Assembly (NCBI RefSeq): GCF_006345805.1 | Contig: NW_021831720.1 | Span: 1-31,960 of the forward strand | Length of the DNA: 31,960 nucleotides | Reading direction: 5' to 3' | Origin: Octopus sinensis | Taxonomy: Eukaryota | Shown: piece by piece, positions 21,101-31,328 of the stretch | Position numbering within the stretch: position 1 is the first letter of the stretch | Layout of the letters: each line of letters opens with the position of its first letter | Notes under the pieces: generated by a model | What the model saw: only the letters and a program-made list of their open reading frames with translations | Told to the model about the DNA's origin: nothing | The model's database searches: none | Made by a program: the position numbers and the translations under genes

Positions 21101-22460
21101 ACTCGCCGCTTCGTGCCTCGTCGGTAACACACGGACACACACACTCGTGGTCTTCGTGGATAACGTCGTATACTACTCAGACTTACTCCCCGCCGACCGA
21201 CCGGCCGCACTCGTGATCGATACCGAGAACTCGCCCCAGAACTCGCCGCTTCGTGCCTCGTCGGTAACACACGGACACACACACTCGTGGTCTTCGTCGA
21301 TAACGTCGTATACTACTCAGACTTACTCCCCGCCGACCGACCGACCGGCCGCACTCGTGATCGATACCGAGAACTCGCCCCAGAACTCGCCGCTTCGTGC
21401 CTCGTCGATAACACACGGACACACACACTCGTGGTCTTCGTCGATAACGTCGTATACTACTCAGACTTACTCCCCGCCGACCGACCGGCCGCACTCGTGA
21501 TCGATACCGAGAACTCGCCCCAGAACTCGCCGATTCGTGCCGCGTCGGTAACACACGGACACACACACTCGTGGTCTTCGTCGATAACGTCGTATACTAC
21601 TCAGACTTACTCCCCGCCGACCGACCGGCCGCACTCGTGATCGATACCGAGAACTCGCCCCAGAACTCGCCGATTCGTGCCGCGTCGGTAACACACGGAC
21701 ACACACACTCGTGGTCTTCGTCGATAACGTCGTATACTACTCAGACTTACTCCCCGCCGACCGACCGGCGCACTCGTGATCGATACCGAGAACTCGCCCC
21801 AGAACTCGCCGCTTCGTGCCTCGTCGGTAACACACGGACACACACACTCGTGGTCTTCGTCGATAACGTCGTATACTACTCAGACTTACTCCCGCCGACC
21901 GACCGGCCGCACTCGTGGTCGATACCGAGAGAACTCGCCCCAGAACTCGCCGATTCGTGCCGCGTCGGTAACACACGGACACACACACTCGTGGTCTTCG
22001 TCGATAACGTCGTATACTACTCAGACTTACTCCCCGCCGACCGACCGGCCGCACTCGTGATCGATACCGAGAACTCGCCCCAGAACTCGCCGATTCGTGC
22101 CGCGTCGGTAACACACGGACACACACACTCGTGGTCTTCGTCGATAACGTCGTATACTACTCAGACTTACTCCCCGCCGACCGACCGGCCGCACTCGTGC
22201 TCGATACCGAGAACTCGCCCCAGAACTCGCCGCTTCGTGCCTCGTCGGTAACACACGGACACACACACTCTTGGTCTTCGTCGATAACGTCGTATACTAC
22301 TCAGACTTACTCCCCGCCGACCGACCGGCCGCACTCGTGATCGATACCGAGAACTCGCCCCAGAACTCGCCGCTTCGTGCCTCGTCGGTAACACACGGAC
22401 ACACACACTCTTGGTCTTCGTCGATAACGTCGTATGCCACTCAGACATACTCCCCGGCGG
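12189..22460. repeat. 140-bp CpG-rich tandem satellite, about 73 copies
   Basis: Monomer CACTCGTGGTCTTCGTCGATAACGTCGTATACTACTCAGACTTACTCCCCGCCGACCGACCGGCCGCACTCGTGATCGATACCGAGAACTCGCCCCAGAACTCGCCGCTTCGTGCCTCGTCGGTAACACACGGACACACA. The period is exactly 140 in the clean part (e.g. 19469, 19609, 19749); 10.27 kb / 140 is about 73. Confidence 0.97.
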
Positions 22461-22560
22461 CAATTCCTCTTTGTTGGGTTAGCGGGTTCTTTTTTAAGCT
22501 GAGGTAGGGAGGAAAAGATAGCAGATAATGTAGCTTCAGAAGGCAGCAATTCTTTTTATA

Positions 22561-22571
22561 CGGGGTCACCA
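22561..22571 (-). promoter_or_regulatory. Primer-binding site complementary to the tRNA-Trp 3' end
   Basis: Minus strand TGGTGACCCCG, 3 nt after ...GTTACA. Eukaryotic tRNA-Trp ends ...ACGTCGGGGTCACCA. Confidence 0.75.
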
Positions 22572-22746
22572 ATTTGTAACGGTTGAGATTAATTAGGGTC
22601 ATCGATTTTTAATCGATATCTGTTATGGTGCAACGTTGGGATTATCAATTTGTAACGGTTGAGATTAATTAGGGTCATCGATTTTTAATCGATATCTGTT
22701 ATGGTGCAACGTCGGGATTACCAATTTGTAACGGTTGAGATTAATT
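22571..22746 (-). repeat. 76-bp tandem repeat (2.3 copies) containing the LTR 3' terminus and a PBS-like sequence
   Basis: AATTTGTAACGGTTGAGATTAATT starts at 22571, 22647 and 22723. Confidence 0.9.
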
Positions 22747-22848
22747 TGTTATCAATTGTATGGAAAGTCGGAGTCGTAATCAGTTTGCAAGGATTCGTTC
22801 TTCGTTGATTGCCATTATTTAAAGATGAAAGAACAGTGATTGAAGTTA

Positions 22849-23251
22849 CTCTCTTTTACTCTTTTACTTGTTTCAGTCATTTGACTGCGGCCTTGCTGGA
22901 GCACCGCCATTAGTCGAGCAAATCGACCCCTGGATTTATTCTTTGTAAGCCTAGTATTTATTCTATCGGTCTCTTTTGCCGAACCGCTAAGTGACGGGAG
23001 CGTAAACACACCAGCATCGGTTGTCAAGCGATGTTGTGGGGACAAACACAGACACACAAACATACACACACGCGCGCGCGCATTTAAATATATATACGAC
23101 GGGCTTCTTTCAGTTTCCGTCAACCAAATCCACTCACAAGGCTTTGATCGGTCCGAGGCTATAGTAGAAGACACTTGCCCAAGGTGCCACACAGTGGGAC
23201 TGAACCTGGAACCATGTGCTAAGCAAGCTAATTACCTCACAGCCACTCCTG
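22849..23251 (-). mobile_element. Octopus-type tRNA-derived SINE, family A, near full length
   Basis: Reverse complement begins CAGGAGTGGCTGTGAGGTAA, has B-box-like GGTTCAGTCCC, the central domain, and ends GAAACAAGTAAAAGAGTAAAAGAGAG. Confidence 0.9.
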
Positions 23252-23577
23252 AAAAAAATATTTATTTACTTTTACATTGTAAAAAAATCCAAAACCAGGA
23301 CGGTTGGTGTAATTAGTAAACGGAAAAGCATGTGAAGTGAAGATAGACGTCGTAGATTTTCCTTGTATAGTTTGTGTACATGTTCTCTTAGTAGTAATCC
23401 ACAGTTAGAGATAGAATGATGTTGTAAGAGAAAGGAAATTGAGCTAGCGAAGGTTGTAGAGTCGTAGGAAGTTGGGTCTCATAGTTGCTGATTGTAAACT
23501 TCTTTCTCCCTCTGACCATTTGTCTATATTAGCTGCCTGCTTGTGGCCCAGACTAGCTGTTGCCCTGACTACACCTT

Positions 23578-23751
23578 AAGGTGTAGAGGCTTTATTAGGT
23601 AAATCTGTTCGATTTTTAAAATTTTACATGATCTGAGTTCAAACCGGTGAAAACCAGGTTGGTTTTTATCTTTTAAATTATTTTTTTATTTGATTTAGTA
23701 CGAAAGGATTGATTATGATTAATTGTTTTTAATTAATTTTATAAATATTGG
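23578..23751 (+). rRNA. rrnL: Mitochondrial 16S rRNA 3' fragment (NUMT, non-functional)
   Basis: Conserved 16S motifs CTGTTCGA, TACATGATCTGAGTTCAAACCGG, CCAGGTTGGTTT and TAGTACGAAAGGA. Confidence 0.9.
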
Positions 23752-23817
23752 ATAAAGTTGGCAGAAATATGTGAATAATTTAGGATTATTTTATAAAAGT
23801 ATAACTTTTACTTTATA
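23752..23817 (+). tRNA. trnL1: Mitochondrial tRNA-Leu(TAG) within the NUMT
   Basis: Acceptor stem ATAAAGT/ACTTTAT; anticodon arm AATAA-TTTAGGA-TTATT with TAG at 23781-23783. Confidence 0.85.
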
Positions 23818-23886
23818 TTAAGATGGCAGATTAGTGTGTAGGATTTAAGATCCTATTATGGAAATTTTTATTATTTTCTCTTAATA
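23817..23886 (+). tRNA. trnL2: Mitochondrial tRNA-Leu(TAA) within the NUMT
   Basis: Acceptor stem ATTAAGA/TCTTAAT; anticodon arm TAGGA-TTTAAGA-TCCTA with TAA at 23846-23848. Confidence 0.88.
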
Positions 23887-24089
23887 ATGTTTGTTGAATT
23901 GGTTTCGTATGTGGTTGCATGTATTTCTGCATTATTGGCGGTTGCTTTTTTTACATTATTGGAGCGAAAAGGATTAAGATATTTTCAGTTACGTAAAGGT
24001 CCTAATAAAGTAGGTTTAATAGGATTACCTCAACCTTTATCAGATGCAATTAAATTATTTAGAAAAGAGTATATTAAGCCTACTTTGGT
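23887..24089 (+). pseudogene. nad1: NADH dehydrogenase subunit 1, 5' fragment (NUMT)
   Basis: [46 protein letters not shown] under the invertebrate mitochondrial code (AGA=Ser, ATA=Met). This is the canonical ND1 N-terminus, truncated after about 68 codons. Confidence 0.95.
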
Positions 24090-24634
24090 CGCTCTTCCTA
24101 ACTCGAGTTCCCACTAACTGACTAACTTATTTCTTTATTTGTCAATGAATGGCACACAGAAAGGGGGCAATACAAGACAATACAAAACATTTAGGTTTGG
24201 GAGTTATGACTTCAAGGAATATGAAATCGGAAATATGAAATCAAATGGTATAATGAAATCGAGAATCGTATACAAATTTCTGTGATTATATTTTTGGGTT
24301 CGTGTTCGACTCACCCATGTTTTTTCTTCCTTTTTTTCTAACTGACTTTTGCTTGGGTGTTCTTGTTTTTATAACTATCCAGAAGAATAGACACTTAGTT
24401 GAGAACAATGGATTTCGTTGGTGGTACTTGTTATCTTAATTTTAGCTTTTGGTGAAATAGAAGAGGTTAGAAGGGTCAAGTGGTGAAGACATCATTTTGC
24501 TTAGCTAAGGCATCTGACAAATGTAAACTGCTGTCACAGAAAAAATATTATTTTACCGCGAGGAACGTGTTGTTGAAGTATTAATTTAAATTTGGCTATC
24601 TAGGATCGAATTCACATCATGCCTGCCAAATTCA

Positions 24635-24805
24635 CTACATATATATATATATGTGTGTGTGTGTGTATACATGCATACATATATATATATATATATATAT
24701 ACATACATACATATACATACATACATACTTACATACATATATACACATACATACACATAAGCATACATACATGCATACATACATACATACACACATACAT
24801 ACATA
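24635..24805. repeat. (TA)n/(TG)n/(CATA)n microsatellite
   Basis: Direct reading. Confidence 0.95.
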
Positions 24806-25154
24806 TTGTTGCCTTCTTGTGGACGTGTTCCTTCTACATCCGCAAAAGATGTAGCGGGTGCCCCAGCCTGGCCAGATGTAAACCCAGGGCAACGCCCTCC
24901 AGCGTTCAGGCGATAATAGAATAAGAGAACCACCAATATATATATATATATATATGAGAACCACTTTAACCACTTTATTCAATCACTTCCTGCCTCCACC
25001 CGCCTTTCAGAGATAATGTTCCTCTCGCTGACCATTATCGTAGGAGTGGAGGTGAGGGGTGGTGGCCACTGCAGATCGTAATTAATCAAAAATAATAAAG
25101 ATGATGATTGAGATTATGTATTAGGGTAGCATGGAGAGTAATCAGTTAATCGAT

Positions 25155-25444
25155 ATCATCATCAATTCTATCATCACCATCATGATCATCATCATCATCA
25201 ACACCGTCATCACCATCACCATTATCGTCATCATCAAAGCATAATTCTCATCATCGTCATCATCATCATCATCATCATTATTACCATCATCATCATCATC
25301 ATCACCACCACCCTCACCACTAGCATCATCAGCATCACTACCACTACTAATACCACCACCACCATCATCACTAACGTCACCACCACCACCGGCACCATCA
25401 CCATCACCATCATCACCATCGTCATCATCATCATCACCATCGTC

Positions 25445-25476
<32 letters not shown>

Positions 25477-25890
25477 CATCATCATCACCATCATCATCGT
25501 CATCATCATCATCACCATCATCACCATCATCATCATCATCATCATCACCATCGTCATCGTCATCATCACCATCATCATTATCTCAATCATCAACATCATC
25601 ATCATCGTCATCATCCTTATCGTAATTACCATTACCAATACGAACAACAATAAAAACAATATTATTGCAGTCAACAACAACAACACCCACAACAATTGAT
25701 ACAACAAAACAACAACAACAATAACAAGAACAAAAATAGTTTTTTTCCCGCCACTACCATCACCACCACCATCACCATCAATATCAACAACAATAACAAC
25801 CACACTTCTATTCCCCCCCCTCTCTCTCTCTCTCGTCTACTGCTCATCCCCCTCCCCTCTCTCCTCCACCGCCTCCACCACCACCACCAG
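25155..25890. repeat. (CAT)n/(CAC)n/(AAC)n trinucleotide array
   Basis: Direct reading. Confidence 0.95.
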
Positions 25891-26009
25891 ATCGCGTAAA
25901 AGAGAAAAGCTACATTAACGTCTATTTAGACGAGAATCGATGTTCGAAAGGATATATGATTGCAGAGACCTCTGGCGGATATTAATGACGGAAAAGGCAA
26001 AGAGGAGAC

Positions 26010-26245
26010 GGAGGCGGCAGGCGGCAGGCGGCGGCGGCAGGCGGCAGGCGGCGGCGGCAGGCGGCGCGGCAGGCGGCGGCGGCAGGCGGCAGGCGGCGGC
26101 GGCAGGCGGGCGGCAGGCGGCAGGCGGCGGTGGCAGGCGGCGGCGGCAGGCGGCAGGCGGCGTGGCAGGCGGCGGCGGCAGGCGGCGGCGGCAGGCGGCA
26201 GGCGGCGCGGCAGGCGGCAGGCGGCGGCGGCAGGCGGCAGGCGGG
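26010..26245. repeat. GC-rich (GGC)n/(GGCA) compound repeat
   Basis: Built almost entirely from GGC and GGCA units. Confidence 0.9.
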
Positions 26246-26399
26246 GGAATGGAAGTCGTGGGTGATGAATTGGTGTCTAATACAGGATGCTGGATGCTAA
26301 GCAGGTTTGGATAAGAGAGGGCGCTTCAGTCGACTTCTCTATTTATTCAAAAAACATTTTTAACTTGCAATTTGTCTGTACGGATTCTCTCCCGTTGTC

Positions 26400-28055
26400 G
26401 GTTTGTTTTCTTTTTTTTTCGTTTCTTTCCTTCTTTCTTTCTTTTTTCCTTCTTTCTTTATTTCTTTCTTCCTTTCTTTCTTTCTTTCTTTCTTTCTATC
26501 TTTCTTTCTCTCTTCCTCTCTTTCTTTCTTTACTTCTTTCTTTCTTTCTTTTTTCCTTTCTTTCTTTCTTTCTTCCTTTCTTTCGTTCTTTCTTTCTTTT
26601 TTCCTTCTTTCTTTCTTTCTTTCTTTCTTCCTCTCTTTCTTTCTTTCTTTTTTTCTTACTTTTCTTCCTTTCATTCTTTCTTTCTTTGTTTATTTGTCTA
26701 TTTTTATTTTACTCCTTTCTTTCTTTACTTCTTTCTTCCTTTCTTTCTTTCTTACTTTTCTTCCTTTCATTCTTTCTTTCTTTGTTTCTTTGTCTATTTT
26801 TATTTTATTCCTTTCTTTCTTGCATGCTTTGTTTCTTTCATTCCTTCCTTTATTCTATTCATTCTTTCCTTCCTTTTTCCTTTGTATTTATTCTCTTTCG
26901 GTTTACCTCTTTCGCTTTTTTTCTCTTTCTTTCCTTTTCCCTTTCTTTCTTTCTTTATTCATTTATTTTACTCTTTTTTCTACTTTATTATCTTCCGATC
27001 TTTCTTCATTCCTTTCTTTCTTTCTTTCTTTCTATCTATTGCTTTCTTTCTTTCTTTCTTACTTTTCTTCCTTTCTTTCTTTCTTTCTTTCTTTCTTACT
27101 TCCTGCCTTTCTTCCTTTCTTTCTTTCTTTCTTTCTTCCTTCTTTCCTTTCTTTCTTTCTTCCTTTCTTTCTTTCTTATTTATTATTTCCTTTCTTCCTT
27201 CCTTTCTTTCTTTCTTTCTTCCTTTCTTTCTTATCTTCCTTCCTTCCTTTCTATCTATCTTCCTTTCGCTCTTTGCTTTAATTTTCTTTCATTTTTGGCT
27301 TCTTTCCTTCCTTCTTCATATGTTTATTTTATTCTTTCTTTTTTGTCTGTCTTTTTTCTTCCATTTTCTTTTCTTGCTTCCTTTTCTCTTTTATTTCCTT
27401 CTTCTTTCCTTCTTTCTTTCTTCCCTTCTATATTCTTTTCAATCTTTCTTTCTTGCTTGCTTTCTCTCTCTCTCTCTTTCTCTCTTCTCTTTCACTCTTT
27501 CATTCTTCCTATCTTTTTCTTTCTTTACTCTTTACTTTCTCTTATTTATTTACTTAAATTCTTTCTTTACTGTTCTTCATTTATTTTCTATGAATTTGTT
27601 CTATTCTTTCTTTCTTTATTTATTTATTCATATTATTTTCTCCCCTCCCCTCTCTCTCTCTTTCTCTCTCTGCGTGTTCGGTTTCATTATTTTTTCGTTC
27701 TTTCTCACTTTCTTTTTCTTCATTTTTTCATTCTTTCTCGCTTTCTTTTTCTTCATTTTTTCATTCTTTCTCGCTTTCTTTTTCTTCATTTTTTCATTCT
27801 TTCTCGTTTTCTTTTTCTTCATTTTTTCATTCTTTGTCGCTTTTTTTAAAATTTATTTTTCGTTCTTTTTCGCTCTCTTTTTCTTTCTTTATTTTTCATT
27901 CTTTCTCGCTTTCTTTTTCTTTCATTCTTTTTTACTTTCCTTCTTTCTTTCTTTCTTTCTTTCCTTCTATACTTCCTGTTTCATTCTGTCTTTATTTTCT
28001 TCCATTCTTTCTTTCCTTCTTTTCGTTTTTCTTTCTTTACTTTCTTTCGTTTTTC
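26400..28055. repeat. ~1.65-kb degenerate (CTTT)n polypyrimidine tract
   Basis: Direct reading; source of the poly-F/L/S ORFs. Confidence 0.95.
27709..27840. repeat. 33-bp minisatellite, 4 copies
   Basis: TTTCTTTTTCTTCATTTTTTCATTCTTTCTCGC repeated four times with single substitutions. Confidence 0.85.
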
Positions 28056-28069
28056 TTAATAGAGAAGAA

Positions 28070-28640
28070 AATAGGAGATAAAGAGGCGAGAAAGAGGAGG
28101 AGACGAGGAACGAGGGGTATGGCATATGTGCGTGTGTATGAGAGGGAGAGGAAGAGAGGTACAGAAAAAGAAGGAAAGAAGGAAAGAAGGGAGGAAGGGA
28201 ATTTAGATAAAGAGGATGAACGAGAAACGAAGAAATCAGAAAAGAAAGAGAGAAAGAAGAAGACAGAGAGAAAAAGAGAAAGAGGAGACAGACTGACAGA
28301 CAGACAGACAGACAGACAGATAGTAGACAGGTAAGTAGGAAGGCAGAGTAATTTTGCGTGCGTGAGAGAGTGAGAAAATGTGTGTGTGAGAGAGAGGGAG
28401 GAGAGAGAGAAAGAGACAGAGTTTTTATTTGAGAGAGAGAGAGAGATTTTATGTAAGAGAGGGAGAGAGACATACAAAGAGAGTTTGTAAGAGATGGCGT
28501 GAGTTTCTATTAGAGAGTGAGAGAGAGAGAGAGAGAGAGAGACAGATGTACGTGAAAACTCTGTGTGTGTGTGAGAGATTTTTATGTGTGAGAGAGAGAA
28601 AGACAGAGAAAGAGAGAGTTTGTGAGAGATGTAGAGAGTT
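28070..28640. repeat. GA-rich/(GACA)n/(GA)n low-complexity tract
   Basis: Direct reading. Confidence 0.85.
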
Positions 28641-29038
28641 AGGCGCAGGAGTGGCTGTGTGGTAAGTAGCTTGCTTACCAACCACACGGCTCCGGGTTCA
28701 GTCCCACTGCGTGGCACCTTGAGAAAGTGTCTTCTACTATAGCCCCGGGCCGACCAAAGCCTTGTGAGAGGATTTGGTAGACGGAAACTGAAAAGAAGCC
28801 CGTCGCATATATATATGTATATATATGTATATATGTTTGTTTGTGTGTTTGTGTGTCTGTGTTTGTCCCCCCAACATCGCTTGCCAACCGATGCTGGTGT
28901 GTTTACGTCCCCGTAACTTAGCGGTTCGGCAAAAGAGACCGATAGAATAAGTACTAGGCTTACAAAGAATAAGTCCCGGGGTCGATTTGCTCGACTAAAA
29001 GGCGGTGCTCCAGTAAAAGAGTAAGAGAGTAAAGAGAG
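28641..29038 (+). mobile_element. Octopus-type tRNA-derived SINE, family A, full length with a small 3' deletion
   Basis: Head GGCGCAGGAGTGGCTGTGTGGTAAG (A-box-like) and GGGTTCAGTCCC (B-box-like), central domain, internal microsatellite. The tail lacks CATGG..GAAACAAG relative to the 30143 copy. Confidence 0.92.
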
Positions 29039-29039
29039 T

Positions 29040-29600
29040 TAGTTAGAGAGAAGGAGAGAATCTCTATTGGAGAGGGAAGGATATGTATGTGAGAGAGAGA
29101 GAGAGACATACAGATGGAGAGAGTTTGTAAGGGGAGGAGAGGGTTAGTAAGAGGGAGAGAGAGAGAGAGCTTGCGTGAGAGAGAGGGAGAGATTTTGTGA
29201 GTGTGAGAGACAGATGGGGGAGAGGGTTTGCGTGACTATGCATCTGAGTGAAGAGGACAGAGGGAGGAAATGAGAGAGAGAGAGTGTGTATATGTATAAG
29301 AGAGACACAGAGTGAGGGGAAGAGAGAGAAAGGGATTGCGTGTGAAAGAGAGGAAAGAGAACAAGAATGTAAGTGAGAGAGGGAGATAGAGAGAACTAGA
29401 GAGAGGAGAAAGAGAGAGTGAAAAAGGAAGACCAGCGAATGTCGGCTGCTGACATAAAACTGGATTATGTATGAGAGAGAGGGGGAGAGGGGGAAGAGAG
29501 GGGAGAGAAAGGGGGAAGAGAGAAGGAGAGAGAGTATGTGAGAGACATGTGGGGGAGCGGGGAGAAAGAGCGAGACAGAGAGACAGAGAAGGAGAGACGG
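29040..29600. repeat. GA-rich low-complexity tract
   Basis: Direct reading. Confidence 0.85.
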
Positions 29601-29631
29601 ACAGATGCACCGAAAGGAAAGGCAAGCAGAA

Positions 29632-30048
29632 GCGCAAGAGTGGCTGTGTGGTATGTAGCTTGCTTACCAACCACATGGTTCCGGGTTCAGTCCCACTGCG
29701 GTGGAACCTTGGGTAAGTGTCTTCTGCTATAGCATCGGGCCGACCAAAGCCTTGTGAGTGGATTTGGTAGGCGGAAACTGAAAGAAGCCCATCGTATACA
29801 CACACTCACACACACACACATACACACATATATATCTATATACGTCTATGTGTCTGCGTTTGTCCCTCCACCATTGCTTGACAAACGATACTGGTGCGTT
29901 TATATACTCGTAACTTAGCGGTTCGGCAAAAGAGACCGATAGAATAAGTACTAGGCTTACAAGTCCTGGGGTCGATTTGTTCGACTTAAGGCAGCGCTCC
30001 AGTATGGCCGCAGTCAAATGATGGTAACAAACAAAAAAAAATAAAAGA

Positions 30049-30049
<1 letters not shown>
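29632..30049 (+). mobile_element. Octopus-type tRNA-derived SINE, family A, full length
   Basis: Same head, core and tail as the 28641 copy. Confidence 0.9.
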
Positions 30050-30097
<48 letters not shown>

Positions 30098-30109
30098 TAT
30101 ATATAATAT

Positions 30110-30142
<33 letters not shown>
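30050..30142. repeat. (TA)n microsatellite
   Basis: Direct reading. Confidence 0.95.
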
Positions 30143-30144
<2 letters not shown>

Positions 30145-30526
30145 GGCGTAGAGTGGCTGTGTAGTGAGTAGCTTGCTTACGAACCACATGGTTCCAGGTT
30201 CAGTCCACTGCGTGGCACTTGGGCAAGTGTCTTCAACTATAGACTCGGGCCGACCAAAGCCTTGTGAGTGGATTTGGTAGACGGAAACTGAAAGAAGCCC
30301 GTCATATATATATGTATGTGTGTGTGTTTGTGTGTCTGTCTTTGTCCCCCAACATCGCTTGACAACCGATGCTGGTGTGTTTACCTCCCCGTAACTTAGC
30401 GGTTCGGCAAAATGAGACCGATAGAATAAGTACTAGGCTTACAAAGAATAAATCCTGGGGTCGATTTGCTCGACTAATGGCGGTGCTCCAGCATGGTCAC
30501 AGTCAAATGACTGAAACAAGTAAAAG
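30143..30526 (+). mobile_element. Octopus-type tRNA-derived SINE, family A, full length
   Basis: Same head and core; ends GACTGAAACAAGTAAAAG. Confidence 0.9.
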
Positions 30527-30698
30527 TGTGTAGAGAGAGAGAGAGAGAGACTATATATTAACGTCTGCTTTTATGTTTGATTGTTTGGTTATAATAAAAA
30601 CAATTTTACATTAATCTGACTTTTGTACTCTACACAAGAATGGCTTAACTGGTCGAAATTTCGAAGTCACTTTCAAAACATTTCTTTAAGAATATTAA

Positions 30699-30815
<117 letters not shown>

Positions 30816-31276
30816 AAAAAAGATGGGTGAATGTAGCAAGGATGGCACGTATGAATGACGAAGTCACCTTGAGCATAATCTTATGAACCCAGAAATTGAA
30901 AACAGAGGGTTACCCACTTGCAAACAAATGTGGTAACATATAACAATATTGACCAAGGTTACCGTGGTCTTTTTCGTAGGCTTTTCTTCCCACGGATAAA
31001 CATTACTTGCTTTCCCCTTTACACCATACATCATGACACTGTGATACACGATCCCTATTGATCGTTTTTTTCCCCTCCCCCTTTTTTCCTCTTTTTTCTT
31101 CCTTTTTCATTTTCTTTTCTTTTTTCCCTTTTTCTTTTTTTCTTTTCCTTTTTTTTCTTTTTTTTTTCTTTCCCCTCTTTTTCTTTTTTTCTTTTTTTTG
31201 TTTTTTCCCTTTTACGATCCCTTTTGATCGAAAACCTACGCCACCTTTTTTTTTTCTCCCCCAAAAGAAAAGCTCT

Positions 31277-31328
31277 CCCTTGTAACTTGTCCCATCTGTG
31301 TGCAGCCCTGTGTGGCCAATAAAGAAAC

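Larger units (their letters stand above)
11234..22850 (-). mobile_element. CsRn1-clade Ty3/Gypsy LTR retrotransposon relic (LTR end, tRNA-Trp PBS, satellite-expanded leader, gag, start of pol)
   Basis: In order on the minus strand: ...CCGTTACA LTR end, PBS TGGTGACCCCG, 140-bp array, gag with CHCC knuckle, then SRLFFV. The outer LTR boundary is uncertain. Confidence 0.75.
23578..24089 (+). other. Nuclear mitochondrial insertion (NUMT): rrnL 3' end, trnL(TAG), trnL(TAA), nad1 5' end
   Basis: Contiguous mitochondrial gene order embedded in repeat-rich nuclear sequence; homology stops abruptly at both ends. Confidence 0.93.

Noticed and set aside
12189-22460. CRISPR-like array or repetitive protein gene (many overlapping ORFs such as MVFVDNVVYYSDLL..)
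   Set aside because: Monomers are contiguous with no unique spacers, there are no cas genes and the context is eukaryotic. The 140-bp period is not a multiple of 3, so frames shift every unit and hit stops.
12189-22460. Ribozyme motif in the 140-bp monomer (CCGACGAGGCACGAAG on the minus strand)
   Set aside because: Lacks GAAA and supporting helices I and III; no hammerhead or HDV-like fold could be built by eye.
23252-23277. TGTAAAAG on the minus strand as the 5' start of the LTR, interrupted by the SINE
   Set aside because: No second LTR or TSD to confirm it; TGTAA is common in AT-rich DNA.
23578-24089. Window being mitochondrial DNA, or functional tRNA/rRNA genes
   Set aside because: Only ~510 bp is mitochondrial, truncated at both ends and embedded in nuclear repeats.
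24805-24935. Possible exon on the minus strand (AGGRCPGFTSGQAGAPATSF..)
   Set aside because: No convincing splice sites or recognisable homology; flanked by microsatellites.
25940-26314. Gly/Arg/Ala-rich ORF
   Set aside because: Arises from the GGC/GGCA repeat; no domain, splice or codon evidence.
26287-28081. 520-569 aa F/L/S-rich ORFs resembling membrane proteins
   Set aside because: Translations of the (CTTT)n tract, which lacks stop codons by composition.
30864-31049. Possible exon or short ORF in unique sequence
   Set aside because: No recognisable domain; a candidate minus-strand acceptor lacks a polypyrimidine tract.
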